The translations under genes were made by a program, and so were the position numbers. A model generated the notes under the pieces. It saw only the letters and a program-made list of their open reading frames with translations, made no database searches and was not told where the DNA came from. This document shows positions 10,564-20,445 of a stretch of 64,000 bases of DNA, piece by piece. The DNA comes from an uncultured Gammaproteobacteria bacterium (GTDB lineage: Bacteria; Patescibacteriota; Patescibacteriia; JACQRZ01), in assembly GCA_964621085.1 (NCBI GenBank), contig CAZUKY010000004.1:1266-65265 (forward strand). Reading direction: 5' to 3'. Every line of letters begins with the position of its first letter. Position 1 is the stretch's first letter.

Positions 10564-11124
10564 ATGGCGAGAGGCCTTCAACAGGAAATGCCGTCACTGT
10601 CGTATCTTGGCACCGATCTCGGGCCGGATGCGAGTATCTGGATAACTCAGCAGGATCGAAATGCGCGACTGTACGGGAACAATACCCAGCGGCTCACGCA
10701 CTGCTACATCGGCAGCATTCCAGACGTGGTCGGCGAAGAGTACCTCGAACAACTAGTCCTTCGACTCATCGAGGTTGTGGATAAGAGCCCGCACGCGGCC
10801 ATTTCGGTCAGCTACGGCAGCCCGTTCGCGATTCACGTGCCAGTCCGGTGGATCCGCTCCCGCGTTCCGGGAACGTCCAACGAGTCGGCGCCGCGGCTGG
10901 AGGTGATCCTTCCTGTAAAGGAGCCGGGTGCCGTACCGCAATGGATGAACGCCATGCATCGGCGAACGCTCCGGCGGATAACCGACTTCGGGAGTCCCTT
11001 GAACGGATTCCTTACGGTGCCGATCGCGATCGATACGCTGGAGCCCCCATTGCGCGCGCGCAGACTCATGCAGTTCCTCATGGTTCCCGACTACACGGTG
11101 ATCTACCGCTCGGTTTCGTCGTAG
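10564..11124 (+). CDS. Hypothetical protein. A GC-rich opposite-strand gene inserted between atpG and atpD.
   Basis: 186 aa, GC-rich, with a GAGGAGG SD about 10 nt upstream of the ATG. A candidate promoter TAGACA-N16-TATCGT lies at 10493-10520 and an imperfect hairpin with a T-run follows at 11144-11178. Its composition is unlike the flanking atp genes. Confidence 0.5.
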   Translation: MARGLQQEMPSLSYLGTDLGPDASIWITQQDRNARLYGNNTQRLTHCYIGSIPDVVGEEYLEQLVLRLIEVVDKSPHAAISVSYGSPFAIHVPVRWIRSRVPGTSNESAPRLEVILPVKEPGAVPQWMNAMHRRTLRRITDFGSPLNGFLTVPIAIDTLEPPLRARRLMQFLMVPDYTVIYRSVSS

Positions 11125-11143
11125 GGACCCGGATCGCATGCAT

Positions 11144-11178
11144 TCCCTTTTTCGCCGGTACGGCCTGCCCGTATCGGC
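11144..11178 (+). terminator. Hairpin with T-tract after the inserted ORF
   Basis: gccggtacgg-cctgc-ccgtatcggc followed by gcttcttttt. Confidence 0.4.
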
Positions 11179-11198
11179 GCTTCTTTTTGAAGAACAAC

Positions 11199-12074
11199 CT
11201 ATTCCAGTGCCGCCTTGCCAGAAGAGATCTCCGCAATTTCTTGCGTGATTGCGGCTTGGCGTGCCTGGTTGTATGTGAGGCGCAAGTCGGACAGCATGTC
11301 TGTTGCGGCCTCGGAGGCGTTGTGCATAGCAAGCATGCGCGCGCTATGCTCGGACGCTTCCGAATCCAAAACAGCCTGGTACAGATGAGTTTCAAGAATT
11401 CGCGGCAACATGTGCGAGACCACATCTGACGGCGACGGCTCGAATACGACCTGCGAGAGCAACTCCTCCTTTTCTTCGGAAAGAGGACGGAACGCACCGA
11501 ACGGCAACAGCTGTCTCACGGTCGCCTGCTGTCTCACGGTCGAGAGGAACTCGGTAAAAACCAGGAATACGCGATCAAGCGCGCCTTCGGAGTATGTGCG
11601 GATAATGACGGATGCAAGTGGCAGGATATCCGTGACAGACCGCGTGATGTCTTCTTTCGGGAAGTCGGCCGTAATGCTGTGCCCGTACCGCATGCAATAA
11701 TCGCGGATCCGGCGCCCGAGCGTATAGAGTTCGATATGAACCCCCTCGCTCTTCAGACGCGCGATCTGACCGTGCGCAGCGGCGGCGAGGTTGGCGTTGA
11801 AGCCGCCGCACAATCCCCGATTTGTGCCAATTGCAATAATACCGACGCGACGCACAGGCCGTTCGGCAAGGAGCGGATGCATATTCTTCTCGATCCGCGG
11901 CATCAGGTACGATACGACCTCCTCTGCCGATACGGCATACGGACGCGAGGCCGCTGCCGCTGCAACACTCCTCCGCATTTTTGCAGCAGAAACAAGCTCC
12001 ATCGCCTTTGTCATTTTTTTGGTGTTGGAGATGGACTTGATTTGTCGGCGGATTGTCAGCGCGCCCTTTGCCAT
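11199..12074 (-). CDS. atpG: F0F1 ATP synthase subunit gamma
   Basis: 291 aa, MAKGALTIRRQIKSISNTKKMTKAMELVSAAKMRR. Confidence 0.9.
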   Translation of the reverse strand: MAKGALTIRRQIKSISNTKKMTKAMELVSAAKMRRSVAAAAASRPYAVSAEEVVSYLMPRIEKNMHPLLAERPVRRVGIIAIGTNRGLCGGFNANLAAAAHGQIARLKSEGVHIELYTLGRRIRDYCMRYGHSITADFPKEDITRSVTDILPLASVIIRTYSEGALDRVFLVFTEFLSTVRQQATVRQLLPFGAFRPLSEEKEELLSQVVFEPSPSDVVSHMLPRILETHLYQAVLDSEASEHSARMLAMHNASEAATDMLSDLRLTYNQARQAAITQEIAEISSGKAALE

Positions 12075-12106
12075 GTTCGAGTTTCCTAGCTGATTAGCTT
12101 GTCGTT

Positions 12107-13627
12107 TTAGCTAAAGAGTTTTTTGTATTCTGCGATCGCTGTTTTCAACCCGTTTTCCGTCTCTTCGCTCATGTCTCCGCTTGCGATGCCTTCAAGGACC
12201 CCAGATACTTGAGAGCGAAGGTAGTCAAGAAATCCGTCTTCGAATGCCTTAATGCGATCAAGCGGAATGTCATCCAGATGTCCGTTCACGCCAGCATAGA
12301 GCACGGCGACCTGTTGGGCAACCGGCACTGGCTGGTACTGGCCCTGCTTCAAGATCTCTGTCAGGCGCGCACCGCGATTGATCTGCTTCTGGGTCGCCTC
12401 GTCAAGATCGGAACCGAACTGCGCAAAGGCGGCGAGTTCGCGATACTGCGCAAGATCCAAGCGAAGCTTGCCGGCGACTTTTTTCATTGCCTTTGTCTGA
12501 GCTGCCGATCCCACGCGGGAAACCGACAAGCCGACGTTGAGCGCCGGGCGGATGCCCTGGTAAAACAGGTCTGTCTCAAGATAAATTTGTCCGTCAGTAA
12601 TCGAGATGACGTTTGTCGGAATATAAGCAGAGACATCGCCGGCCTGCGTCTCGATAATCGGCAGCGCAGTCAGCGATCCGCCGCCGAAATCCTTGCTTAG
12701 TTTTGCCGCGCGCTCCAAAAGGCGCGAGTGCAGGTAAAAAATGTCGCCCGGATACGCCTCGCGGCCCGGCGGGCGGCGCAGCAAGAGCGAGATCTGTCGG
12801 TACGCGACCGCGTGTTTGGAGAGGTCGTCGTAGACGATCAGCACGTCCTTGCCCTGATCCATGAAGTACTCGCCTATCGCGCAGCCGGCAAACGGCGCCA
12901 GATAGGAAAGGGATGCGGGATCCGACGCGCCAGCCAAAACGACGATCGTATACTCCATCGCTCCCTCCTGGTGTAATCGCGAGACGATTTTTGCGACCTT
13001 GGATTCTTTCTGTCCGACGGCAACGTAGATGCAGATAACCTCTTTGTCCGTTCCCTTAAACTGCCGCTGATTCAATATCGCATCGATGGCAACAGCGGTC
13101 TTTCCGGTCTGGCGGTCACCGATAACCAACTCACGCTGTCCGCGGCCGATCGGGATCATCGCATCGATCGCCTTGATTCCGGTCTGCAGCGGCTGGTGGA
13201 CGGACTGGCGCGTAATAACGCCCGGCGCGATTTTTTCAACCGGATAGAATGCCGCTGCTTTTATCTGCGCTCCGCCGTCAAGCGGTTTTCCCAGCGGATC
13301 TACTACGCGGCCGATGAGCCCATCGCCGACTGGCACTTCCAAGATGCGCCCTGTTCCTTTCACCAGATCTCCTTCTTTGATTTTTTCGAAATCTCCCAGA
13401 ATCATCGCGCCGACTGCGTCTTCTTCAAGGTTCAAGACAACGCCAAAAACGGTCTCGCCGTCATGTTCGCCAAAGTCAAGCATTTCCGATTGTCGCACAC
13501 GGGACAGTCCCGCAACTTTTGCGATGCCGTCGCCAACCTCGATAACATGGCCGACATCGCTTTTTTCGATATCCGCCTTGTAGGCTTCGAGGTTTTTCTG
13601 CAGTGATTCGATGAGGTAATTGGACAT
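12107..13627 (-). CDS. atpA: F0F1 ATP synthase subunit alpha
   Basis: 506 aa with a P-loop and typical alpha-subunit motifs. Confidence 0.95.
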   Translation of the reverse strand: MSNYLIESLQKNLEAYKADIEKSDVGHVIEVGDGIAKVAGLSRVRQSEMLDFGEHDGETVFGVVLNLEEDAVGAMILGDFEKIKEGDLVKGTGRILEVPVGDGLIGRVVDPLGKPLDGGAQIKAAAFYPVEKIAPGVITRQSVHQPLQTGIKAIDAMIPIGRGQRELVIGDRQTGKTAVAIDAILNQRQFKGTDKEVICIYVAVGQKESKVAKIVSRLHQEGAMEYTIVVLAGASDPASLSYLAPFAGCAIGEYFMDQGKDVLIVYDDLSKHAVAYRQISLLLRRPPGREAYPGDIFYLHSRLLERAAKLSKDFGGGSLTALPIIETQAGDVSAYIPTNVISITDGQIYLETDLFYQGIRPALNVGLSVSRVGSAAQTKAMKKVAGKLRLDLAQYRELAAFAQFGSDLDEATQKQINRGARLTEILKQGQYQPVPVAQQVAVLYAGVNGHLDDIPLDRIKAFEDGFLDYLRSQVSGVLEGIASGDMSEETENGLKTAIAEYKKLFS

Positions 13628-13660
13628 ACAATAGATTCAAAATTCCTCGCTTATGGCGCA

Positions 13661-14059
13661 CTATGCCCGAAGGATGTGTCTGATTTTTTCAAGGCGCCGC
13701 CGGATGCTTGCGTCGATCATTACATCGTCTGCGATTATTTTTACGCCGCCGATAAGCGACGCATCGATCTCGACACTCAGATCGTAGCTCCCCTTTCCGA
13801 AGGCATCGTCGAGTGCGGCAGACAGCTTTTTTTCAAGTGCGGGATCCTCGTGCGCCACTGTCGCACGAACCCCAACGCGTCCCGACTTCCGTCTGACTTC
13901 GCGTTCGACTGCCGTTATGGCGGCGGCGGCGAGTCGAAGCTTCCCCCGCCGTCCAAGGTGTTCGATGAAGCGGCGCGAGAGCTCATCGATCTCTTTTTTC
14001 TGCTTGCCGTCGGCCAACTCTACGAGTGCGGCGGCATAGCGGGTCGGGGTAAACTTCAT
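13661..14059 (-). CDS. atpH: F0F1 ATP synthase subunit delta (OSCP), short form
   Basis: 132 aa, placed between atpF and atpA, and overlapping atpF by 4 nt. Confidence 0.7.
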   Translation of the reverse strand: MKFTPTRYAAALVELADGKQKKEIDELSRRFIEHLGRRGKLRLAAAAITAVEREVRRKSGRVGVRATVAHEDPALEKKLSAALDDAFGKGSYDLSVEIDASLIGGVKIIADDVMIDASIRRRLEKIRHILRA

Positions 14060-14568
14060 AGGTTATTGGCTTTTTGGACGGCTTTTTCGAGCACCGCGGA
14101 AGGAACCGACGTTTCCATCCCTTCCTGCAATGCACGCTTTGCGGCATCCACAACCAGATCGGACAGATGGCGCTTCGCGTCCTCAAGCATCTGTTCCTTT
14201 TCCTGAGCAATCGCGCGCTTCGCATCCGCGATAACCCCCGCCACCTCGCTCTTGGTTTTCTCAAGCATATCGTCGCGCTTCTTCTGACCGAGCTCGTTCG
14301 CCGTCTCGAGAAGTCGCGCAGCCTCTTTCTTTGCCTCTTCGATGATCGCCGCGCGTTCTATGTCGGTCTGCACGAGTCGCTCCTCGATCGCGCGCGCATC
14401 GGCAAGACTCTTCTCAATGGCCTGCTGCCGCTTCTCCATCACGCCCAGGAGCGGACGGTACAAAAAACGATACAGCAGAAAAAGCAGGATCGCGAAATTC
14501 ACGAGCTGCGCTATGAAAAGTTTCCAATCAACGCCGAGTGTCTGAAGAATTTCCATGTTCGTCTGCAA
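14056..14568 (-). CDS. atpF: F0F1 ATP synthase subunit b
   Basis: 170 aa with one N-terminal TM helix and a long charged coiled coil. Confidence 0.8.
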   Translation of the reverse strand: MQTNMEILQTLGVDWKLFIAQLVNFAILLFLLYRFLYRPLLGVMEKRQQAIEKSLADARAIEERLVQTDIERAAIIEEAKKEAARLLETANELGQKKRDDMLEKTKSEVAGVIADAKRAIAQEKEQMLEDAKRHLSDLVVDAAKRALQEGMETSVPSAVLEKAVQKANNL

Positions 14569-14588
14569 GGAAGAGACTTCCTCTCTGT

Positions 14589-14861
<273 letters not shown>

Positions 14862-14944
14862 TTATTGATTAGCAGCTCTTAACTTCTCGCTTCCAGCTGC
14901 CAAAAAAGCGTCTGAAAACGAGGAGTCACAAGCCCAGCGCATCC

Positions 14945-15685
14945 TCAATGATGCGCCTCCTCGCTTGCCATTTGCATAAAGACAAGCGTCAGCATGGCAA
15001 AGACAAGCGCCTGAATGAATCCCACAAAAACCTCCAAGGCCATGAATGGCAGCGGAATGAAGTACGGAACCAAAAACAGCATGACTGCCAACAGCACCTC
15101 TCCCGCAAAGATATTCCCAAAAAGGCGGAAGGTGAAGGAGATGACCTTCGCAAACTCGGAGACCAGCTCGAGGATGCCAACGAAAAAGTTGATCGGGCTT
15201 GAAAAGTTCAGAAATTTCGCGGCGTATTTCCCAAACCCAATGCTTGCGACGCCGACGATCTGGACAATGATCATCGAGAGAAGCGCAAGCATCAAGGTAA
15301 AATTCAGGTCGGCGGATGTTGCGCGGAATAACGGAATGATCGACTCCTTTCCATCATGCGTCTCAACGATGCCGATTGCGCCGACACCCGGCAAGAGTCC
15401 CGCCCAGTTGACACTGAGAACAAAGATGAAGATGGTCGTGATCAACGGGAAAAACCGAATGGATTTCTGCCGATCGCGCGTTACGCTGTCGATAACCCCC
15501 AAGATCGCATCGAAAAGCGCCTCAAAAAAGTTCTGAAGACCGCTTGGCACTTGCCGCAACTGCCGCGTCGCAAGCAATCCCATGATGATGAGGAGCGCAG
15601 AAACGGCCCACGCGACGATCATACTGTTTGTCACAGGAAAGCCAAAGAGGTAAAAAAGCGTTTCTGCGTAAATGGATACGTGCAT
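14945..15685 (-). CDS. atpB: F0F1 ATP synthase subunit a
   Basis: 246 aa, polytopic, at the position of subunit a in the operon. Confidence 0.85.
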   Translation of the reverse strand: MHVSIYAETLFYLFGFPVTNSMIVAWAVSALLIIMGLLATRQLRQVPSGLQNFFEALFDAILGVIDSVTRDRQKSIRFFPLITTIFIFVLSVNWAGLLPGVGAIGIVETHDGKESIIPLFRATSADLNFTLMLALLSMIIVQIVGVASIGFGKYAAKFLNFSSPINFFVGILELVSEFAKVISFTFRLFGNIFAGEVLLAVMLFLVPYFIPLPFMALEVFVGFIQALVFAMLTLVFMQMASEEAHH

Positions 15686-15719
15686 GCGGTAGGCAATCTA
15701 TCCGACCCTTTTGGAGTCA

Positions 15720-15986
15720 TTAATCGGTCTTGTTCTCGCGGTTGTTTTTTTCATTGCCCTCCGCCTCGCGCAGCAGTTCTGTCGTCTTTCGGAACACCAG
15801 AATGGAGGAACAGATAATTGCGAGGATGACGCCGATGAGGAAAAAAAGCGGCGATGTTTTCAGCCATTTGTCGAAAAAACGGCCCGCAATCGCGAACCCG
15901 ACGAGCGGCAGCGCGATCAGCCAGCCGAGATTCCAGGCAATGCCGACGATGCGCCAGACGGAAAAGTCATTTTTCTTATTCATCAT
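15720..15986 (-). CDS. AtpZ/AtpI-like small membrane protein (ATP synthase protein I family). The start is probably the MMNKKND ATG.
   Basis: The ORF-track version (to 16064) would include the operon promoter, so I truncated it to the ATG near 15986. It is a two-TM small protein leading the atp operon. Confidence 0.5.
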   Translation of the reverse strand: MMNKKNDFSVWRIVGIAWNLGWLIALPLVGFAIAGRFFDKWLKTSPLFFLIGVILAIICSSILVFRKTTELLREAEGNEKNNRENKTD

Positions 15987-16036
15987 AGGAGAAAAAGAAA
16001 AATCCCCTTCGGATGAGCGCCGCAAGGAACGCAAGT

Positions 16037-16064
16037 AGTATACACGCGTCCGTGAATCGGTCAA
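16037..16064 (-). promoter_or_regulatory. atp operon promoter (-35 TTGACC, 16-nt spacer, -10 TATACT)
   Basis: On the minus strand I read TTGACCgattcacggacgcgtgTATACT. It is flanked by a 12-nt inverted repeat aaaaatcccctt / aaggggattttt. Confidence 0.5.
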
Positions 16065-16107
16065 GGGGATTTTTGTGGATAATTTAGAGAAAATGACGCT
16101 TTTGTAA

Positions 16108-16133
16108 TGGAAAAGGCCGCGTCAGCGGCGGCC
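16108..16133 (-). terminator. Rho-independent terminator downstream of tatD
   Basis: On the minus strand I read ggccgccgctgacgcggcc followed by TTTT. Confidence 0.55.
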
Positions 16134-16323
16134 TATCCCCGGGGTTATACCCCCTACCTCCCAGTAGGAGTCCTAGAGGCAAGAACCACGACTCCATTCA
16201 GGAAGAGGACCTACTTTGGAAAACGTTCCCATGCGTAAAAAATATTCGATCCCGCAGGATCGCTGCACGGTACTGAGTTTTCCCTCGGCCCGACACATAC
16301 AACACCCGGAACAGAAAAAGGTT

Positions 16324-17136
16324 TCAGGAGCCAGAGAGGCGAAAAAGTCGCCGGGCGTTTGCCGTTGTTGCCGCTGCGACGTCTTCGGCGGAGATTCCCT
16401 TGATGTCTGCAATGCGCTGTGCAACATGCGCAACGTTTGCCGGTTCGTTCTTTTTTCCGCGATGCGGGACGGGAGACAGAAAGGGCGCATCGGTCTCGAT
16501 CAGGATCTTTTCGAGCGGAACCGTGCGAACAACATCGTCATACTGGTCGGCGAATGTGACGATGCCAGTAAACGAAATCAGAAAACCGAGCGCAAGATAC
16601 CGCTCGGCATCGCCGACCGTTCCTGTGAAACAGTGCAGGACCCCATGCTCCCGATCCTGTGGAATAGCGTGCAATCCGCCGGTCGAGTAGCGATCCTCCA
16701 GGATTGTAATAAGATCATCATGCGCGTCGCGGCAGTGGATAATGAGCGGCAGACGACACTCGTGCGCTAAATTGAGGTGTTGATAGAAGACGTCTTTCTG
16801 GAGTTCTTTTTGCTGTGCAGCCTCCCGCTCGTCTTTTGACAGATGGTAGTAATCAAGTCCGCACTCGCCGATCGCGACAACGCGACGAGATGAGGACGCG
16901 AGTTCGGCGAACTTCTTTGCAACAAAGGGGTCTGCGGTATCGGTCGGATGCTGTCCCACGGCCGCCCACATGTCTGATGCACTTCCGATCAGCTCCACGG
17001 CAGCCCCACTGCTCTCATAGTCGCAGCCAACGACAATCATGCCGACTTCGTTCTCTCGCGCATTTCTAATCACCTCCTCACGATCGTCATCGTAATTGTT
17101 GAACTGGATATGGCAGTGCGTATCGATCAGGCGCAT
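16324..17136 (-). CDS. tatD: TatD-family metal-dependent hydrolase (DNase)
   Basis: 270 aa, MRLIDTHCHIQFNNYDDDREEVI…, with TatD histidine motifs. Confidence 0.85.
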   Translation of the reverse strand: MRLIDTHCHIQFNNYDDDREEVIRNARENEVGMIVVGCDYESSGAAVELIGSASDMWAAVGQHPTDTADPFVAKKFAELASSSRRVVAIGECGLDYYHLSKDEREAAQQKELQKDVFYQHLNLAHECRLPLIIHCRDAHDDLITILEDRYSTGGLHAIPQDREHGVLHCFTGTVGDAERYLALGFLISFTGIVTFADQYDDVVRTVPLEKILIETDAPFLSPVPHRGKKNEPANVAHVAQRIADIKGISAEDVAAATTANARRLFRLSGS

Positions 17137-17150
17137 AAATCCTCTTCTAC

Positions 17151-17798
17151 CTATCGTTTTTGATACTCCTCAAAAAGCTTCCGGTATGCTTCCAGCTCCT
17201 CCTCGGAAAACGAGCTCGCGTCAAGATTTTGAATATTCATATTCTTGATGCCCTCGAGACTCTTCAGTCCCTCATCGAAGGACTTCGGCAGATAGCTTGA
17301 AAAATCAGGAATGAGTGGCGTCACAACCTTGGTTGCGGAGCGCGCAAGGGGCAGCAAGAAGGACTTTTTCATTGCGCGGTCCCATTCGGGATTCAAGGGA
17401 AAAGCGGCGATAACAAGCGCCGCAACCCCAATGAAAAAGACTCCTTCCGCCAGACCGATAGCCGCGCCGCCCAGGCGGTTTGCCATATTCAAAAACGGCA
17501 CGACTGTCATTCGCCGAATGAGGATGTCGATAAGCTTGACGATGATCCCTAAAATGAAGCTGCTCGCAAAGAATACGATCACGAATCCGAAGACCGTCGC
17601 AAGCGTTTCCTGTACGACCGGCCACTGGGCAAACGACGGCTTCAAAAAAACGGCCGCCTGCGATCCGAACGTTTTTGCAATCAGCAAGGCGAGAAAAAAG
17701 GAGACGAACGACCCGATCTGGAGCACGAGTCCGCGGACCAGGCCCAGCAGAAAAAATACGCCGAGAATAACAATAATAGCAATATCAATGCCTTGCAT
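17151..17798 (-). CDS. cvpA: CvpA-family membrane protein (colicin V production protein-like)
   Basis: 215 aa with 4 TM helices plus a C-terminal soluble tail. Confidence 0.6.
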   Translation of the reverse strand: MQGIDIAIIVILGVFFLLGLVRGLVLQIGSFVSFFLALLIAKTFGSQAAVFLKPSFAQWPVVQETLATVFGFVIVFFASSFILGIIVKLIDILIRRMTVVPFLNMANRLGGAAIGLAEGVFFIGVAALVIAAFPLNPEWDRAMKKSFLLPLARSATKVVTPLIPDFSSYLPKSFDEGLKSLEGIKNMNIQNLDASSFSEEELEAYRKLFEEYQKR

Positions 17799-17810
17799 AG
17801 CTTCGAGAGG

Positions 17811-19322
17811 CTAACTGAGGGGTGGAAACAGCGGTTCTCCTTTCATGATACCTCGGATCGGGATTCCGCGCCATTTCAAGGCTTCATCAAGATTTGCCGC
17901 ATGTTCTTCGCTCGGCATTCCGAGCGACGACCAAATTTTTTCTGCCGTATCCGGCAGGATGGGGGCTATCAGCACACTTACCTGCCGCACGCACTCCAGG
18001 AGTCCGGAAAGCACCGCCGCGCATTCGACCGGATTTTCCTTTGCCAGCACCCATGGCTTCGTTCGGTCGATATACCGATCGCCCCAACGGATAACATCCC
18101 AGATCGCCTCAAAGGCCTCATCGAGTGCATACTCCTCAAACCCCTTCTGCCACCGATCTGCTGCTACAGCAAGCATTTGCTTTATTTCATCTGCGTGTGC
18201 TGGCTCTGTGGCGGTCACGCCATCCGCCTTTGAAGCCATCGCAAGCGTGCGGCTGACGAAGTTGCCCAATCCTTTAGCAAGATCGGACTGGTACCGCTGC
18301 TCCACACGCTCGAAGGAAAAATCGCCATCGCCGCCGAACGGAATCTCGCGGAGCAGGAAGTAGCGCAATGCGTCACGGCCGTATTTTTGAACCAATTCCA
18401 CCGGATCGATGGCATTTCCCAACGACTTGCCGATTCGCTGCCCATCGATGGTAAAAAAACCATGCGCAAAAACGCGTTCGGGCAGCGGCAGACCTGCAGA
18501 CAGAAGCATCGCCGGCCATAACGCGCAATGAAATTTGATGATATCCTTGCCGATGATGTGGCACTGCGCAGGCCAGTGGCGCGCAAACATCTCCTCATCC
18601 CACCCAAAGCCGATGCCAGTCAGGTAATTGATGAGCGCATCAAACCAGACGTAAATCACCTGCGACGGATCGGTCGGAAGCGGTATTCCCCACTCCAGGC
18701 TTTGGCGCGTGATGCTGACATCTTCAAAATGATCGCGAATGTAATTCACAATCTCATTGCGCCGGCTTTGGGGCTGCACGAACTCCGGATGCGATTCGAT
18801 GTGCGCAAGCAGCGCGTCGCGGTACTTTGAGGCAGCAAAGAAGTAATTTTCCTCCTCGATCGTCTCCGGTTTCGTCTTATGGAACGGGCACGTCCCTTCT
18901 TCGGTCAGGTCGCTCTGGCGGACAAACGCCTCGCATCCTTTGCAGTAAAACCCCTGATACGTTCCCTTGTAGATGTCCCCGTGCGCATTGACGCGCTCAA
19001 AAAAGGCAGCGACACCTTTTTTGTGCCGCTCTTCAGTGGTGCGGATAAAATCGTTATGGCTCATGCCAAGCGACTCCCACGTGTGCTGCCACACGGCTGA
19101 CTGCATATCCAGATACGCCTGGATGTCTTTATACCCTGCCTTTTTCGCCGCCTCTACGTTCTTGAGACTATTCTCATCCGTTCCCGTCAAAAAGAAGGTG
19201 TCCTCGCCCTTGAGGCGGTGATAGCGCGCAAACGTATCGGCAATGACGGTCGAGTATGTATGCCCGATATGCGGCTTGTCATTGATGTAATAAATGGGGG
19301 TTGTGATGGTGTAGGTTTTCAT
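17811..19322 (-). CDS. metG: Methionine--tRNA ligase
   Basis: 503 aa with the HIGH motif (PHIGHTYS), a KMSKS-like GKSLGN, and zinc knuckle CPFHK. Confidence 0.95.
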   Translation of the reverse strand: MKTYTITTPIYYINDKPHIGHTYSTVIADTFARYHRLKGEDTFFLTGTDENSLKNVEAAKKAGYKDIQAYLDMQSAVWQHTWESLGMSHNDFIRTTEERHKKGVAAFFERVNAHGDIYKGTYQGFYCKGCEAFVRQSDLTEEGTCPFHKTKPETIEEENYFFAASKYRDALLAHIESHPEFVQPQSRRNEIVNYIRDHFEDVSITRQSLEWGIPLPTDPSQVIYVWFDALINYLTGIGFGWDEEMFARHWPAQCHIIGKDIIKFHCALWPAMLLSAGLPLPERVFAHGFFTIDGQRIGKSLGNAIDPVELVQKYGRDALRYFLLREIPFGGDGDFSFERVEQRYQSDLAKGLGNFVSRTLAMASKADGVTATEPAHADEIKQMLAVAADRWQKGFEEYALDEAFEAIWDVIRWGDRYIDRTKPWVLAKENPVECAAVLSGLLECVRQVSVLIAPILPDTAEKIWSSLGMPSEEHAANLDEALKWRGIPIRGIMKGEPLFPPLS

Positions 19323-19388
19323 ATTCCTTCATGCTACAAAAGATTGAAAATAAAAGGAAGGGGGGCTCTCACACCAGCTGCTTGATTA

Positions 19389-19423
19389 AAAAACTACCCC
19401 CCGGTTCCGCAGAACCGAGGGGT
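19389..19423 (-). terminator. Hairpin plus T-tract downstream of the 19466-20197 gene
   Basis: On the minus strand I read ccctcggttctgcggaaccgggggg followed by tagtttttt. Confidence 0.45.
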
Positions 19424-19465
19424 GGCCCAGTAACAGCTTTATCAGCTGAGATGGGCGGGGCCGAC

Positions 19466-20197
19466 TTACTTGCCGGCGAGGGCGGGCTGGCGGGTGTCCG
19501 TACCCGCGGCGGCCTTGCGCGGCTTGGCGGCGGCCTGCTTGGGGGCCTGGCCCGTCGTGCTGGCCGCGATCTGGTCGCTGCTGAAGTGCTTGCTCATGAG
19601 ATCGACGACGAACGCCGGGTTGACGTTGTGGATCGTGATGCTCATGTCCGCACCGCTGCCGACTTGGCCGTAGGTGCGCTCGAGGCGCTCGCGCTGGACT
19701 TCGAGGTTACCCTCGGTGCCATCAGCGGAGCGCTCCTTGGGCGCCTCCTTGACGCCGCAGTCCACCAGGAAGGCGTTGATCGTCTTGCGACCGCGACTGC
19801 CGTTGCCGTTGATCAGGGCGTACGCGGCGATCTCGGCGGTCTCGGGATTGCCCTTGCAGGCTTCCACGAGGCTGGGCCGGATGGTGCTGAAGCCGTCTTC
19901 CTTGACCTTGGTGTTGAGCTCGACCAGGTAGCTGACGGCTTTCTTGCTGCCGCTGCCGCCCTTGGTCTGCATGTGCGTGAGGGTGTTCTCGAGGACATCC
20001 TGGCGCTGCTTGCGCGCCGAGGTCTCGCCATCGCCCGTGATCTCGTGGAAGGCGATGCCTCCGCTGAACTCGCGGGCACTGTTCTTGACCGACTCGAGGT
20101 GCTTCCGAAGCTCGGCGACCATCTTGGGGTCGGCCGGGACGTCGGAGGTGGTGGCTCCCGTGGGGGTGGTAGCCGACAACCGATCGAGGACGTTCAT
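19466..20197 (-). CDS. Hypothetical protein, GC-rich (~65% GC) with a Lys/Ala-rich basic C-terminal tail
   Basis: 243 aa. There is an AAGGAG SD 10 nt before the ATG and the promoter TTGACG-N17-TAGACT at 20308-20336. The C-terminus reads APKQAAAKPRKAAAGTDTRQPALAGK. The overlapping plus-strand ORF 19331-20284 is a low-complexity antisense artefact. Confidence 0.6.
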   Translation of the reverse strand: MNVLDRLSATTPTGATTSDVPADPKMVAELRKHLESVKNSAREFSGGIAFHEITGDGETSARKQRQDVLENTLTHMQTKGGSGSKKAVSYLVELNTKVKEDGFSTIRPSLVEACKGNPETAEIAAYALINGNGSRGRKTINAFLVDCGVKEAPKERSADGTEGNLEVQRERLERTYGQVGSGADMSITIHNVNPAFVVDLMSKHFSSDQIAASTTGQAPKQAAAKPRKAAAGTDTRQPALAGK

Positions 20198-20307
20198 CTA
20201 AGAAGACTCCTTGTAAAACTCTCAGCCAACATAAGGCTGCGGGACTGTAATGTCGTGCACTATCTGCCTTGTTTTGAAACGTAGCAAAATTTTCGACGAC
20301 AAATGCG

Positions 20308-20336
20308 AGTCTACTCTACTATAAAAATCTCGTCAA
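20308..20336 (-). promoter_or_regulatory. Promoter for the 19466-20197 gene (TTGACG-N17-TAGACT)
   Basis: Read on the minus strand. Confidence 0.45.
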
Positions 20337-20396
20337 GCGCTCGACTGTGGATAATACGATTTTTATTCAAAATTAAAGGAAAAAAGTACAGATCTT

Positions 20397-20438
20397 AAAA
20401 AAAATTCGTCCCTGCGCCGTTACAGCACAGGGACGTTT
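20397..20438. terminator. Bidirectional hairpin terminator (cgtccctg-N13-cagggacg) downstream of the 496-aa gene
   Basis: An 8-bp GC-rich stem with a T-run on the plus side and an A-run (T-run on the minus strand) on the other side. Confidence 0.5.
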
Positions 20439-20445
20439 TCCACAA

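Noticed and set aside
15987-16064. Longer AtpZ-like ORF starting at 16064
   Set aside because: It would contain the operon's -35/-10 (16037-16064) and add a non-hydrophobic leader. The internal MMNKKND start fits the AtpZ family better.
16173-16490. 105-aa minus-strand ORF
   Set aside because: It overlaps the tatD 3' end and the structured intergenic region in another frame, and has Arg/Ser/Pro-rich junk composition.
19331-20284. 317-aa plus-strand ORF
   Set aside because: It is low-complexity (GGLAGG/LAR-rich) antisense of the GC-rich minus-strand gene 19466-20197, which has the SD, promoter and terminator.
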